A stretch of 64,000 nucleotides of DNA. Origin: Octopus vulgaris. Taxonomy: Eukaryota. Each line of letters opens with the position of its first letter. The first letter of the stretch is position 1. This document shows, in pieces, positions 1 through 28,860 of this stretch. The position numbers were made by a program, and so were the translations under genes. The stretch covers positions 5,084,001-5,148,000 of the forward strand of contig OX597826.1 in NCBI GenBank assembly GCA_951406725.2. Direction: 5' to 3'. Below the pieces are notes generated by a model that was not told the origin of the DNA, made no database searches, and saw only the letters and a program-made list of their open reading frames with translations.

Positions 1-1064
1 TAACGTTTTTATAAAGCGATACCGTGTTCTACTGTGTTAGCAGTGCACTTTCATCTGGTGTCTCCGCATACGAAACATGGTAACCAAATCAGTGCTGGCT
101 TTAACACCTGTTAAAATTCTGTAGAGATAACCCTAACCATTCTTTTAGAAAAATGACGGATGTCTTCGTATATTTGCATCCAAGAAAATGACAGGAGAGG
201 AGCAGCTGCAACAGATTTGATTAATAGGTGTGTTCAATCAACACTAACTTGAAGTGAAACTACTTGTAGCCGCGGTTTCATTGGGGAATCTTTCATTGTG
301 TGGTTTAGTTCTTATCAGTGTTGTAAAAGACGTCATCGCTTTTGAAATTAGAACTGATAGTGACGATTAAGTATATACGGAAAGAACAAAAGAGAAAAAC
401 ATTCTAATTTTGTCATTCTTTTTAATTTCTAATGAGCACGTGTAGAAAATAGCTATGATCAGTGGTCAGTCTATGCTGTGCACATATTCGCTTGCGCACA
501 TTTTACAAAATAAGAGAAAAATACGTGCACACAAGGTTTCTAAGACAAAATCGAACCTTCTTTTAATCGAACAAATTTCAACGATGAATGTGCACACACT
601 TTCCAAAGAAACACAAAATGTTTACACAATGAAAATTTTGTTCATTCTCATAGCAAGGAATTAGATGGAACGTTCATTAAGAGAGGGCATAAGTATATTA
701 ATCGCTATCATCCTGTCCTTTTATTAGTCTCTAAGACAACATTATCTGACGTGTCTATTCTTTATTTAAAATGACAGAGAGAGATATTTAAGGGAGCCAT
801 AGTTGTTTTTCTTTTCTTGTTGGTCGAGTGATCAAGTGTACGCTACATTGCTTGTTTGTAAAGCAGTATAGCAAACTGGTAAGATTTAAAATGTCAATAT
901 TTAATTAACGCGTAATTAATGCGCTTTTAATCCAGATGATATTTAGTTAGTGTCATCTGTGTTTACATAAAGCATTTGCTACTCAGCTTCAGGATTTACA
1001 TGTTTCAAATTTAATTACTTAAAACTAACAACACACTTATGTAACGAAACGAAATTAGTATTTA

Positions 1065-1464
1065 CTAGCAGTATCGCCCGGCGTTGCTCGGGTTTGTAAG
1101 GGAAATAACTATATGAGAATTTTTAGAGATGTAAAGTATAATAGCCATCTCAATATGGCTAACCACAAAGGTGGGGTGTTACTGTAGCTTTTTACGTTCT
1201 GAGATTTAATAATACATTTTTAGAGAGTTACTTCCCTTATATAATAGCAAAAAAAAAATGCATTAAAAATGGGAAAAAATTATGGTAAATTTTTTTTTCA
1301 AATCGTAGACTCATCGTAGACGCGCGCTAATACCCAGAAGGGCTCGATATGAATCACGACTATAAGATACCCGCTTTTGGTTACACTGCACCGCAAAATG
1401 TGGGAGTAGTTAGGAATCTAAATCGTAGGAGACAGACACACAACTTCACTTATATATATATAGA
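1065..1464 (-). mobile_element. Non-autonomous Helitron, copy 1
   Basis: On the minus strand it starts TC (plus GA 1463-1464) and ends CTAG (1065-1068). It is inserted between A and T with no TSD. A subterminal hairpin CCCGAGC-AAC-GCCGGG lies about 12 nt before the 3' end. A second copy is at 57841. Confidence 0.88.
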
Positions 1465-1619
1465 TTTCCATTACATATTTAAGGAAAATTGAAATGGTCA
1501 CGTGATATGTGAAACTATAACAGAGTGAGATGGCTGTTAATTCTTTGGAATTTTTGCGAAAAGCACATCAGTAATGTCTTAAAGTAATTGCGCATGGAAG
1601 CATATAATTATTATTGGTG

Positions 1620-2420
1620 TCTGGCACAATCGTTAGCACGCCGAGCACAATTCTTACTAGCATTTTGTCCATCTTTAGGTTCTGAGTTCACATTCCGCCG
1701 AGGTCGACTTTGCCTTTTATACTTTCGGGGTCGATAAAATAAATACTACTTGAGCACTAGGTTCGATGTAATCGATTCATCCCATCTTCCTGTCTTACTA
1801 GCCTTGAGCCAAAATTTAAGCTCAATTTTTGCTAATAACATTATTTTAATATTTGAACTGTTGGAAATATCAATGCGTCAGGCAAAATGCTGTGTAGTAT
1901 TTGTTCCAGCTCTATACGTTCTGAGTTCAAATTCTGCTGAGATCGAATTCACCTTTCATTTCTCTTGGGTTGATAACATTAAAATACCAGCCAAGTACTG
2001 ATACAATGGTATCGACTAACCCTCCTCAATCTGAAATTCTGCCAATATTAAAAAGTTAATGTTACCTGTTTTATTGTTAAATTGGCACAATCGTTAGAGC
2101 GTCGGACAAAATGATTAGCGATGTTTCTTCTGAATCATTACATTCTGAGTTCAAATCTAGCAGAGGTCAATTTTACTTTTAACCATTCCGATGGCAGGAG
2201 AATAAGCTACCAATCGAGTATCAACGTCAAAGATATAGACTAATTCCTCGTCTCAAAATTACGGGCGCTCTGCTTGAATCAGAAACGATTATCGTTGTTA
2301 TTAGAGCGGTGAGCTGGCAGAATCGTTAGCACACCGGGCAAAATATTTTACGGCATATCATCCCTGTTTACGTACCGAGTAATCGACTTACCCCTCCCCC
2401 TTTTTTGACACCTTGTGCCA
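1620..2420 (+). mobile_element. Cluster of about 4 decayed tRNA-derived SINEs (Nin/Deu-domain-like family)
   Basis: Repeated ctggcacaatcgttagcacg (A box), gttctgagttcaaattcc (B box) and ggtcgactttgcctttcat...ggggtcgataaa motifs. Same family as 47171-47825. Confidence 0.8.
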
Positions 2421-2633
2421 AACTTTTAAACCATCATCATTATTATTATTGATGTTTGTCGATTTCATACATAATTATGTTACCTTGTGCGTGTGTATGT
2501 ATAAAGTCCTTAATAATAGTGTCAAATAGCTTATGTTTAGTGATAAATATGGCTGTTATACATTACATTTTATACGATTTTTATAGAAATCTGTTCAAAT
2601 TATCATTTTACTTTTTATCTTTTGTTTTAACAG

Positions 2634-2783
2634 CTGCCGAATCAAAACCATCACCTTGTCCACTGCCTGGAACTTACGCTTATAAAGATTTCACATCTCA
2701 CTGTGTCGGAAGTCTCATAATTGGATGTCATAACGAAAACGAAATAGAAATCCAAGCTTCTTGCCCCTCAATGCATAAAGCAG
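2634..2783 (+). CDS. Internal coding exon of a Cys-rich secreted or membrane-anchored protein (first exon visible in the window)
   Basis: Polypyrimidine tract + ttaacAG acceptor; donor G|GTAAGT at 2784. 150 nt, phase 1 to phase 1. Encodes AESKPSPCPLPGTYAYKDFTSHCVGSLIIGCHNENEIEIQASCPSMHKA. Confidence 0.88.
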
Positions 2784-3979
2784 GTAAGTTACGAAAGAGA
2801 CGAAAATGGAGGAAATATATGTGTGTGCGCGCGTGTGTATTGTTTGACAGAATATCTGATGTGTAACAGATATTGCAAACTACTTCAAAAATTGGAGCTT
2901 TATAAGTAGGAACAACCTAACGTATTTTGGATTGTTAATGTATTTACTGACTCTGTTCTGTACTATAAGCGTGGTCATTGAGCTTCCAGATAAATTGTGA
3001 CATGAATGTTGAAATTTTATTGTCAGTTGGCATATATGATTACAGTTGTAGCAGGAAATGACCCTCGAAGGTGATATTTAGTGGATCTATCAAAACTATT
3101 CAATGTTATGGGCCTGGTAATTCAGTTTCTTGAAGAATTGTGACGTGAATGTTGAAATTTTACTAACAGAAGATGACCCTTGAAGGTGATGATGTGTAGC
3201 CTCGTGTAATTAATTTCAGTTCCTTCCAGGACCATTATGCTTGTTCGGCATACGATATGCTTAGAGAGACAGGTTCCTTAGAGAAAAAGTGGATGGATTT
3301 TGATAGTTACAAGTTGACTGTTGGGGTGGGGCAATATACAAAGGGGAATGTGCAAACAAACACACACACATGCACATAGTTATATAATGCTAAAAGTGAT
3401 ATAAGTCTTGATGCTAAAATGTATATTATACACTCTATAAAGCTGAAGCGTTTGTTAAGTCAAATATATGTGTTTAACGTGTGACTTTTTGTATGAGTGA
3501 GCAAAATCACGTGGAATTGTTTTGGCTATGTCACAAAAGTTAATATATTCCTCTGCACGTTTCCTTACATTTTCTTAGGAAAAACAAAACGAAAAAAGCA
3601 AAATGAAAATATTTAAATTTATTTCGTTATTTTTCGCAGTAAATATCGTTGGATAATCTGAAGTCGATTCTCAATCGATTTAGATATATATTTATTCTCA
3701 TATCGCTTTTTCAGTATTTTTTTTAATATGTACATATATTTATTTTTATTTCTCCTTTTGATAACTTAGATACATTTCTTTTCAATGCTGTCCCTTCCAG
3801 CGTTTCTATACATTTTTTTTTATTTGAGATTTTTTATACATCAATTCAGCACATGTTAGCTTGCTCTTTCCTTACACTTACATATATATGCATTGGTATC
3901 ATACACACATGTAATATCACTATGTAAAATCGACTCATATGCGGATAATATTTTATATACTCACTTCTTGTGTGTGAGA

Positions 3980-4028
<49 letters not shown>

Positions 4029-5134
4029 TGCATACATTCATATATATATATATATATATAGTTATGTGTGCATACATTTATCAAATAGCATAGAATGCTA
4101 TTCCATAATCAGCTGTCAGTGAAGATCAGGATGATAATTATATGCTCTCATATAGAAGCATACATACATAAATGTTCAAACAAATACACTTTTATTCTCT
4201 CCATCATACACGCATGTGGAATACGCAGGTACAAAATCACATGTGCGCAATCATAGATGTATGCAAGCACATACATATATTACACTGTCATAAACACATA
4301 CAATTTGTGAACGTGAGAAAGTCTATGAATGTTGAAGATGTCAATGAAAGTACTTCAAATTTCGTATCTAAGATATAGGGAATCAGAGAATGTATCTATA
4401 GAAATTTCACTTAGAAATTTCATAAGACAAGAAACATATACACAAACACACATATATACATACACATACACACACACATGTTCACATATCTTTATGTCGA
4501 CAGATATATTTTCACACACATGTTCATACAGACATACGCATGAACACACACATACCTATGTATATGTAGCACAAAAACACATATCACTGTTCGTTAATAT
4601 TAGTGGATCTCCATTTAGAAACAAAATTGCCAGGTGAGTAATGAACCACACAGCCATCGTCTGATATGTGGTGAATGCACAAATGCAGCAGGCACACATG
4701 CCTCTGGGCAGTAGCAGAGTTCAGCATTAACACAGGTTACTAATGAAACGTCTGCTTTCATAGAGGTGGGAGAAATTACATTTGACATTCTATCTTTAAA
4801 GGAGATAGTTATCTTTGCTGTATTCAGAGAAATCAGTGATGTACCCATGACCAATGGTACATATTCATACGAATTAATTCAGTAAACAGTGGACGGGTGC
4901 TACGATCTACTTGGCTGTCTGCACTTTCATATTTATATAGCAACACTAGAAATAGTCAGCTTGCAAATGATACGGTAATGTACTTTTTCGTGTGCAGTGT
5001 ACCTTAACAGAGATCTCAATAAAAATGTAAATGAAGTCATCTTGCAAGTGATAACACCAATAAATCTGATTTCTAAACGGAGAGTACACTCACACACACA
5101 TACAAAGACACACATGCGCGAGTGTGTGTGTGAA

Positions 5135-5165
<31 letters not shown>

Positions 5166-5640
5166 ATACTTATTTTCTATTGTCTTTTCATTTTAAACAT
5201 CATTATTTCTCATATAATTTCATTATATTAATAATTCCTGGAATTATCTTTAAAGTTGCATAGATGGATCGTATTTACAAATTAAAGGTAATACAGCACT
5301 ATTTTCTTTAATTCATCATTATTCTATGTCTGCTCACAAACAATTAATATTTTGTGCAACATGCTATGCATACACAATATTACAGCAAGTTCTGCTCACG
5401 ATTGTCATATCTAAGCCATTGCTAACTAATCCTAGAATTATCTCAAACAGTTTGCCAGCATAGAGCATTGAATTACGGTTAGAGACAATAGCTTTCCTCA
5501 TTGACATCATGAGAAACACAGGATGAATCCTCAAGTAATTAGAACAGATTTAGCTATTTATGAAACTCGCTTACTTTATATGAAAGTCCCATACATTTGG
5601 GTTGAGGAAACTGACTTAACACGGTTCCTCTGTTGGTCTC

Positions 5641-5842
5641 ATACTCTTTTATTTGCTTCAGGCATTTGACTGTGGCCATGCTAGAGCACCGCCTTTAGTC
5701 GAGCAAATCGACCCCAGGACTTATTCTTTGTAAGCCTTGTACTTATTCTATCGGTCTCTTTTGCCAAACCGGTAATGTACGGGGACGTAAACACACCAGC
5801 ATCGTTGTCAAGCGATGTTGGGGGACCAACACAGTCACACAA

Positions 5843-5879
<37 letters not shown>

Positions 5880-6030
5880 CACTTATATACGACGGGCTTC
5901 TTTCAATTTCCGTCACTCACAAGGCTTTGGTCGGCCCGAGGCTATAGTAGAAGACACTTGCCCAAGGTGCCATGGATTGGAACCATGTGGCTGGTAAGCA
6001 AGCTATTTACCACACAGCCACTCCTACGCC
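5641..6030 (-). mobile_element. tRNA-derived SINE with internal (TA)n(TG)n tract (major family)
   Basis: Head ggcgtaggagtggctgtgtggtaa, body ...gaagcccgtcg, internal microsatellite, and tail ...ccagcatggcc...gaaacaagtaaaagagt. Near-identical copies at 37183, 40175, 50808 and 59143. Confidence 0.9.
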
Positions 6031-6370
6031 TCATGCCAAAATTACAAAGAAAATATTAATTATTTCAGTAATATGGGGGATAATTCTGCTGAGGTTTTGG
6101 TCTTATGATGATATGATAAGGCAAAGTATAGACTTCGCAACATTAGAAGTAGAGAAAGAATAATTAGGAAGTAAATACCTAAGATTATACATATTTTGGC
6201 AGAGAATAATAAAAGGTATTTAGACATATATTAAAAAATACACATGTTATATAACTATGGAACTCTTCAACACTAAAATAGATAAAGACAAACAAATTAC
6301 ATCTTGAGTTACATGAGATAAATATGTTACACATTTCCTAATAATACTCTCAATTATATATATATATATA

Positions 6371-6541
6371 ACAAACAGATTTTTGTTTGATGTTTACGCT
6401 CGGGAAGTGAGAAAGTCTTTTACGTTTCGAGCCTACGTTCTTCGACAGAGAGGAACACAGAAATAAACAGGGAGAGAAAGTAGAAAAAGGTTTAGTGGCT
6501 AGCGATCTATCATGGCATATGCCTGACAGAGGGGTCACACA

Positions 6542-6544
<3 letters not shown>
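6371..6544 (-). mobile_element. Short non-coding element in a (TA)n tract with a degenerate minimal hammerhead motif
   Basis: Flanked by (TA)n on both sides. Minus strand 6451-6417 reads ctct-CTGTCGA-A-GAAC-gtag-GCTC-GAAAC-GTA-aaag. Confidence 0.6.
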
Positions 6545-6607
<63 letters not shown>

Positions 6608-6610
<3 letters not shown>

Positions 6611-6701
6611 GTTAATCCAAACAAGAAAACACAAAAAAACAACAACGCGAGGACGTGGAACAAATATAGTATTATTGGACGCTCAGGAAAGAAGGGAAGA
6701 A
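6608..6701 (-). mobile_element. Truncated copy of the 38178/63555 HHR element family (3' part only, no HHR core)
   Basis: atagttaatccaaac...gaggacgtggaacaaatatagtattattggacgctcaggaaag matches 38178-38250. Embedded in (TA)n. Confidence 0.8.
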
Positions 6702-6784
<83 letters not shown>

Positions 6785-6986
6785 TGTATTCCATATTATC
6801 AATTCCATATTAGACATTTTAGCAAATTCTGGTCAACAAATACATAAAAATATAATTTTCTTGCACACATGCATATCAATTATCTCTTTATTTAAAAGCA
6901 TAATAAGTACATATATTCACAAACAATGCTTTGCTGTTCAATACTGTTATATCATATAGGAATTACAGGGACTATGCATGTGTGTG

Positions 6987-7018
<32 letters not shown>

Positions 7019-7363
7019 CACACGCACACATACATATATACATACACATACACTGTCCATAGATTTTATATAGGTATGTATGTTCATATGTGTGTGAGAC
7101 GGTGTGGTGTATATGTGGTGTTGTTTGTATTGTGGCTTACCACTGTTGTAACTATTGATTGTGTATCTGGTTCTGCAAATGATGGTAGCTATGAATATGA
7201 AGTTGATGGATATGGACAGACAGCGTGAATAAGATTAATCAAAATAAGAATGTTGAAATGAAATAACATGGAGCATAACAATATTATTATGATGAAAGAA
7301 TGATGAATTATTGTAAAGCTGATTGACAAATATTGAAATTATGATTTTATTACTAATTGATTG

Positions 7364-7588
7364 CTAAATCTAAATCGAAGGAGAGGGGCTTTCTCCGTCC
7401 GGGTTGCGTATCCGTGGAATAAGCTTCCGGACGAGATAGTGAAGATGCCGATGACCACTCGGTTCAAAGTCTCTCTTGACCAGAAATGGCCTGAATTCTT
7501 TGTATGACCACCCTCCCTGTACATAACTCCCTGTCTCCCTGCATGTCCTTGCTTTTGGTTTTTGAGCCAATAAAAATTGAATTGAATT
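7364..7588 (+). mobile_element. 3' end of a CR1-type LINE (5'-truncated)
   Basis: Translates LNLNRRRGAFSVRVAYPWNKLPDEIVKMPMTTRFKVSLDQKWPEFFV*, matching the FS.RV...WN.LP...V.......FK..LD..W C-terminus of CR1 ORF2. Followed by AATAAA and an (AATTG)n tail. Confidence 0.85.
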
Positions 7589-7627
7589 TTTGAAATAGTC
7601 TTATGTCAATCTTCTATCTTCTTTCAG

Positions 7628-7728
7628 TTGAAATTGTGCAGTGCCTCTTCTCATGGGGCAATGAGCATATTTTGCATTTGATCACCCAGAAGCCCACAAC
7701 TGGTACAAGAACAACGGGCTACTGTTTG
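7628..7728 (+). CDS. Internal coding exon 2 of the Cys-rich protein
   Basis: Acceptor cttctttcAG; donor TTG|GTAAGT. 101 nt, phase 1 to phase 0. Encodes (V)EIVQCLFSWGNEHILHLITQKPTTGTRTTGYCL, in frame with both neighbouring exons. Confidence 0.88.
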
Positions 7729-8507
7729 GTAAGTAGATTTCAGAAACTGATTACTCGGTCTTGTTTTTTGATTTTTCTTTTGTTTCTTTGGATTACTGAG
7801 AGTTAAGAAATTCATTCAGAAGCATACAGTCTTTGTCTCCAGTACTACTGTTCAGTAATTTGAGCGAGTCTCTTCCACTATAGCCCCAGGTCAACTAAGG
7901 TTTTGTGAGTGAATTTGGTTTGTGGAAATTGCATGGACACTAATCATTGTGTGGGCGGAAATGTGTGTTTTTGTATCATGCTAGTGTCATGTTAAAAGTA
8001 CTAGTGCCAAATAGATAGCACCCAGGTTTCATTATGGAGTCATGGATGTTAGGAAAGGTATCCAGCCATGGAAACTATGCCAGAACAGACAATACTTCCT
8101 GGTGCGGCTTCCGACCTTACTAGGTCTGGCCAACCCGTGACAGCATGGAAAATGGTCTTTAAATGGTGATAATGATGGTGATATAAATATGATGATGATA
8201 ATAATACTTATGATAATAATGGTGATGATATAATTATAAACAAGGGGAAACTAACAGATATGCTAATACATGGTTGTAGAGGGGACTTGTAACAACACAG
8301 TTGTGCTTCAATTGTAGATGAACCTGTTAATCAAAGGAACGTACAAATGATCTTCAGGTACTTTGGCCTAATAGCTTCATTGCTTTATACAAACCATTTT
8401 ATGTGATATTTGGCAAAATATTAAGATTTACATGTTAAATATCTGAGCAATTTCAATAGATATTTGTAACTTGTTTGCAACAAAGGGCCAATTTATATTT
8501 GACCATA

Positions 8508-8663
8508 ATTTACATTATTTACATTATTTACATTCAATGTCCTCATCTTGTTTGTTGTTATCACAACGTTTCGGCTGATATACCCTCCAGCCTTCTTCAG
8601 GTGTCTTGGGGAAATTTCGAACCTGGGTTCTCATTCCTAATGTATTTTTCGATGTTAATATTA

Positions 8664-8704
<41 letters not shown>

Positions 8705-8922
8705 GTTAGTGTTCAGGTCACTGCTTGGAATTGAACTTGGAATCTTAGGATTAGTAGCTCGCGCACTTAACCACTACGTGATATGCCCACAGGCTGGAGA
8801 GTATACAGCCGAAATGTTGTGTTAACAACAAATAAGATGACGACAAAAATCTGTTGAATGTAAATAATGTAAATAATGTAAATAATGTATATAATTCCTC
8901 ATCTCTTAAATATAGAACTGTA
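8508..8922 (-). mobile_element. tRNA-headed, hammerhead-bearing non-autonomous retroelement with inverted terminal arm (copy 1)
   Basis: Minus strand: tRNA-like head 8786-8716, (AAT)n spacer, HHR 8604-8561, then tail. An inverted copy of the tail occupies 8791-8922. A second copy is at 58628-58996. Confidence 0.8.
8561..8604 (-). ncRNA. Minimal type I hammerhead ribozyme motif
   Basis: acac-CUGAAGA-a-GGCUG(gaggguauau)CAGCC-GAAAC-GUU-guga. The core is intact and stem II is 5 bp. Stem III is the loopless palindrome AACGUU (dimer type). Stem I is cac/gug. Confidence 0.75.
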
Positions 8923-9006
8923 TTATATTGGGCCATATCATATTAAACTTCAAATATGTGTAAATGATGAATTCAAACACCTAATTCTTCATTATTTCTT
9001 TCACAG

Positions 9007-9118
9007 ACATTTGCAGATAGTCTTGATGCCATGGATCTATATTCTGACCCGACTTGTAGTTCGGACAATTTAATGATAATGAACAAAACACTACGTATAC
9101 ATCTTACAAAACCTGAAG
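9007..9118 (+). CDS. Internal coding exon 3 of the Cys-rich protein
   Basis: Acceptor tttctttcacAG; donor GAAG|GTGAGT. 112 nt, phase 0 to phase 1. Encodes TFADSLDAMDLYSDPTCSSDNLMIMNKTLRIHLTKPE. Not present in the supplied ORF track in this frame. Confidence 0.85.
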
Positions 9119-9347
9119 GTGAGTTGACATAAAACAGCTTCAAATGTAAATTTGTGAAATCATCAATTTTGTTAATAAGAATAATAATAATACTACCATT
9201 AATAACACTAATAATAAATGTAATGAAACTATATCTGAAATGAATGCATTTTACCTATTAGTTCTGAAATCAAATACACATATTGACAAAATCACATCTT
9301 CACACGTACCAAGGCGTACCAAGACAGCACCCACCACCATATATATC

Positions 9348-9779
9348 GGATCTTTTCGGTTTGAACGGAAGTTTTTTTTTCTAGCGGTGTCATATGAAAT
9401 TGTCACCCATAATTATGACCCTTGTATCGATCTATTGCATTTCTATCTGTTTTGGGGTTAGGGTTAGTTAGGGTTAAGGGTGGGGGGAAGGGTATCTGTT
9501 TTTTCTTCACAAATGTAAATAAACCCAATCTTTATCTTTAATGCGGGGCATATTCATACGGCACAGAATGTTTTTTTTTACCTCAATAGACGTCATTCAT
9601 TGGTTGAAATTGCAGAAATTGAAGAAAAAACAACAAATATCTTACAAACTATAGAATTTTCTCAATAAAGCCTAGAGAAAAATATGTTTTATAAACACAT
9701 TCTACCAGTATACGAAGTTTAAAAGTGTTTAGTTACCTAGAAATGATGTTAAAAACTGCCGTTCAAACCGAAAAGATCT
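9348..9779. mobile_element. MITE with GGATCTTTTCGGTTTGAACGG TIRs and 8-bp TSD (Merlin- or hAT-like)
   Basis: TIRs at both ends. Perfect TSD TATATATC (9340-9347 and 9780-9787). An inverted copy is at 45812-46236. Confidence 0.9.
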
Positions 9780-10236
9780 TATATATCACCTGACCGTTAT
9801 CCCATTTAGATTGACTCTATTATTATATGTATGTGAAAGCTAATATATGATACACTTGAAGATGTATTCTTGATTGACATTAATGTCTATTTTCAAGAGA
9901 AAAGTCATCAACTTTGGTCGACACAACATTATCAGTGATAGGATCAACCAAAAAGTTGACCTTAATAACCACAATCACATATGTATTTCATATTAAGAAT
10001 TATCAAAGTATGGACTAAACTACTTACATCAACTGTCAGGACAACACACCCTCCTAAAATATACCAACACTACTCCTGACATCCACTCTTGTCTATTCTT
10101 GTCCTTTATTATGTACACTGTATGTCTACCTCTAGCTCTCATACCTGTCTTTCTGTATTCAGCTTACATGTGTGTTCACTGTCTCACTTTTACTCTTCTA
10201 TGCCAAGTTTTATTTCACCTAAGCACAATCTACAAA

Positions 10237-10510
10237 AGTGGTTCTCAGCAGGGGTCCAGAATACCCATGTAGTCCACAAGACCCATGAGGGCCCACAAGA
10301 TCCATGGGGGTCCACATAATATTTTGCTGCTAAAACTTTCAATACGATTACAATACACAAGTTATTTCAACAATTTTCTGCTACAATTTCTAATAATATT
10401 CAATTATAAAAATATAATAGATTTTAAACAGCAAATGTTTGTTAGGGTCCAGAAGAATAAATTACGAATGAAAGGGGTTCACAAAGCAAACAATGGATGA
10501 GTATCAGTGA
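10237..10510. mobile_element. Decayed hAT (Charlie-like) MITE
   Basis: Left end agtggttctcagcaggggtcc resembles CAGTGGTTCTCAAC. Right end gatgagtatcagtg is a degenerate inverse. Repeated ggggtcc motifs inside. Confidence 0.5.
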
Positions 10511-10635
10511 TCTAAAAGAAGCACTCACAGACAGACACATTACTTCCGCTTTTACTTAACCATTTATTGCATTGATTACCTAACATTCTTATTGCTTTCA
10601 ATATTTGCTTATCTTTGTTTTCTTCTCTTTTACAG

Positions 10636-10838
10636 CAAAATGTGTGACTCAAAAAGAACATACAGCATCTTCTAATTCTCAACACCAGCAGGGGGAGACT
10701 AATATAATCACCGTTGGTAAAGGTGGCTCACACGAACTTATAAATGGTGTGGAATCGAAGAATGTATCCCACCTACAACAATTTTTCATCTTAATAATTT
10801 CTATTGTCGCGATTATTTGCTTGCAGTCCGGCAGGTGA
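10636..10838 (+). CDS. Terminal coding exon: polar spacer plus hydrophobic C-terminus (GPI signal or tail anchor)
   Basis: Acceptor ttctcttttacAG, phase 1. Encodes (A)KCVTQKEHTASSNSQHQQGETNIITVGKGGSHELINGVESKNVSHLQQFFILIISIVAIICLQSGR, stop TGA at 10836-10838. Confidence 0.87.
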
Positions 10839-11749
10839 CTGTTTCCCGTCTGCCAGAGTTGATAGTTTTTGCATTGAAAATTAACAGAAAAATTCAAAAG
10901 AATATATATATATATATATAAAATTGTAAAGAAAATTCCCAACAATAATATAAATAATAAAAAAAAAAATGTGAAGCCCAGCTTTGCAGTGGACAACAGG
11001 ATGCCGAATGACAATGAGAATATTGAATGTTAAAAATACTGATGATGAAAATATCGCAGAGAATGATGTCAATAATGATGAAGATGATGATGAAAAGAAA
11101 GATAAATATGATTATGAATGAGAAGATTACGATACTGATGAGGATCATGATAAATTATCTATAAAATGATAAATATCTTGGCCACTATGACATCTGAAAA
11201 ATGGACATTGAGATGAAATTGAGTTGGATAGTGATAATAAAAGAACAATACCAATAATAATGACAACAAACACAATAACAATAGTAATGATGTTGATGAT
11301 GATATTAATAATAATGAAATAGTGAAAGGTTAATGAAAATAGATATGAAATTATGTAGCGTTATATATAAATATATTAGAACTTTAATTGTGATATTAAA
11401 GATTGCAATAATAAATTAATAGTAATATACAGAATAGAATTAACTAAACAAGATTAAAATTTTATTAAGGAACACGATAGAGATGATAAAAGTGACACAA
11501 TTTATACATAAATTATTATGAATAATAATCATGCAATCAGATGTATGGAAATAATAAGTTAAAAGATAGAAATATAGATACAGATACAATAATATTTATC
11601 CATAGTACTGAAACAAATTAGGAATTTACGTATATCACAAAACTAGATAAATACAAGACAAAAGTTTTAGACAAAAATAATAGCAGCAAAACTAGAAAGC
11701 ATTAAACTTCAATATAGAAATGTTGGATATATATATGATTATGTAAATT

Positions 11750-28860
<17,111 letters not shown>

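Noticed and set aside
4615-4860. Cys-containing minus-strand ORF, vaguely like a piggyBac C-terminus
   Set aside because: The motif is incomplete and there are no supporting ends or splice partners.
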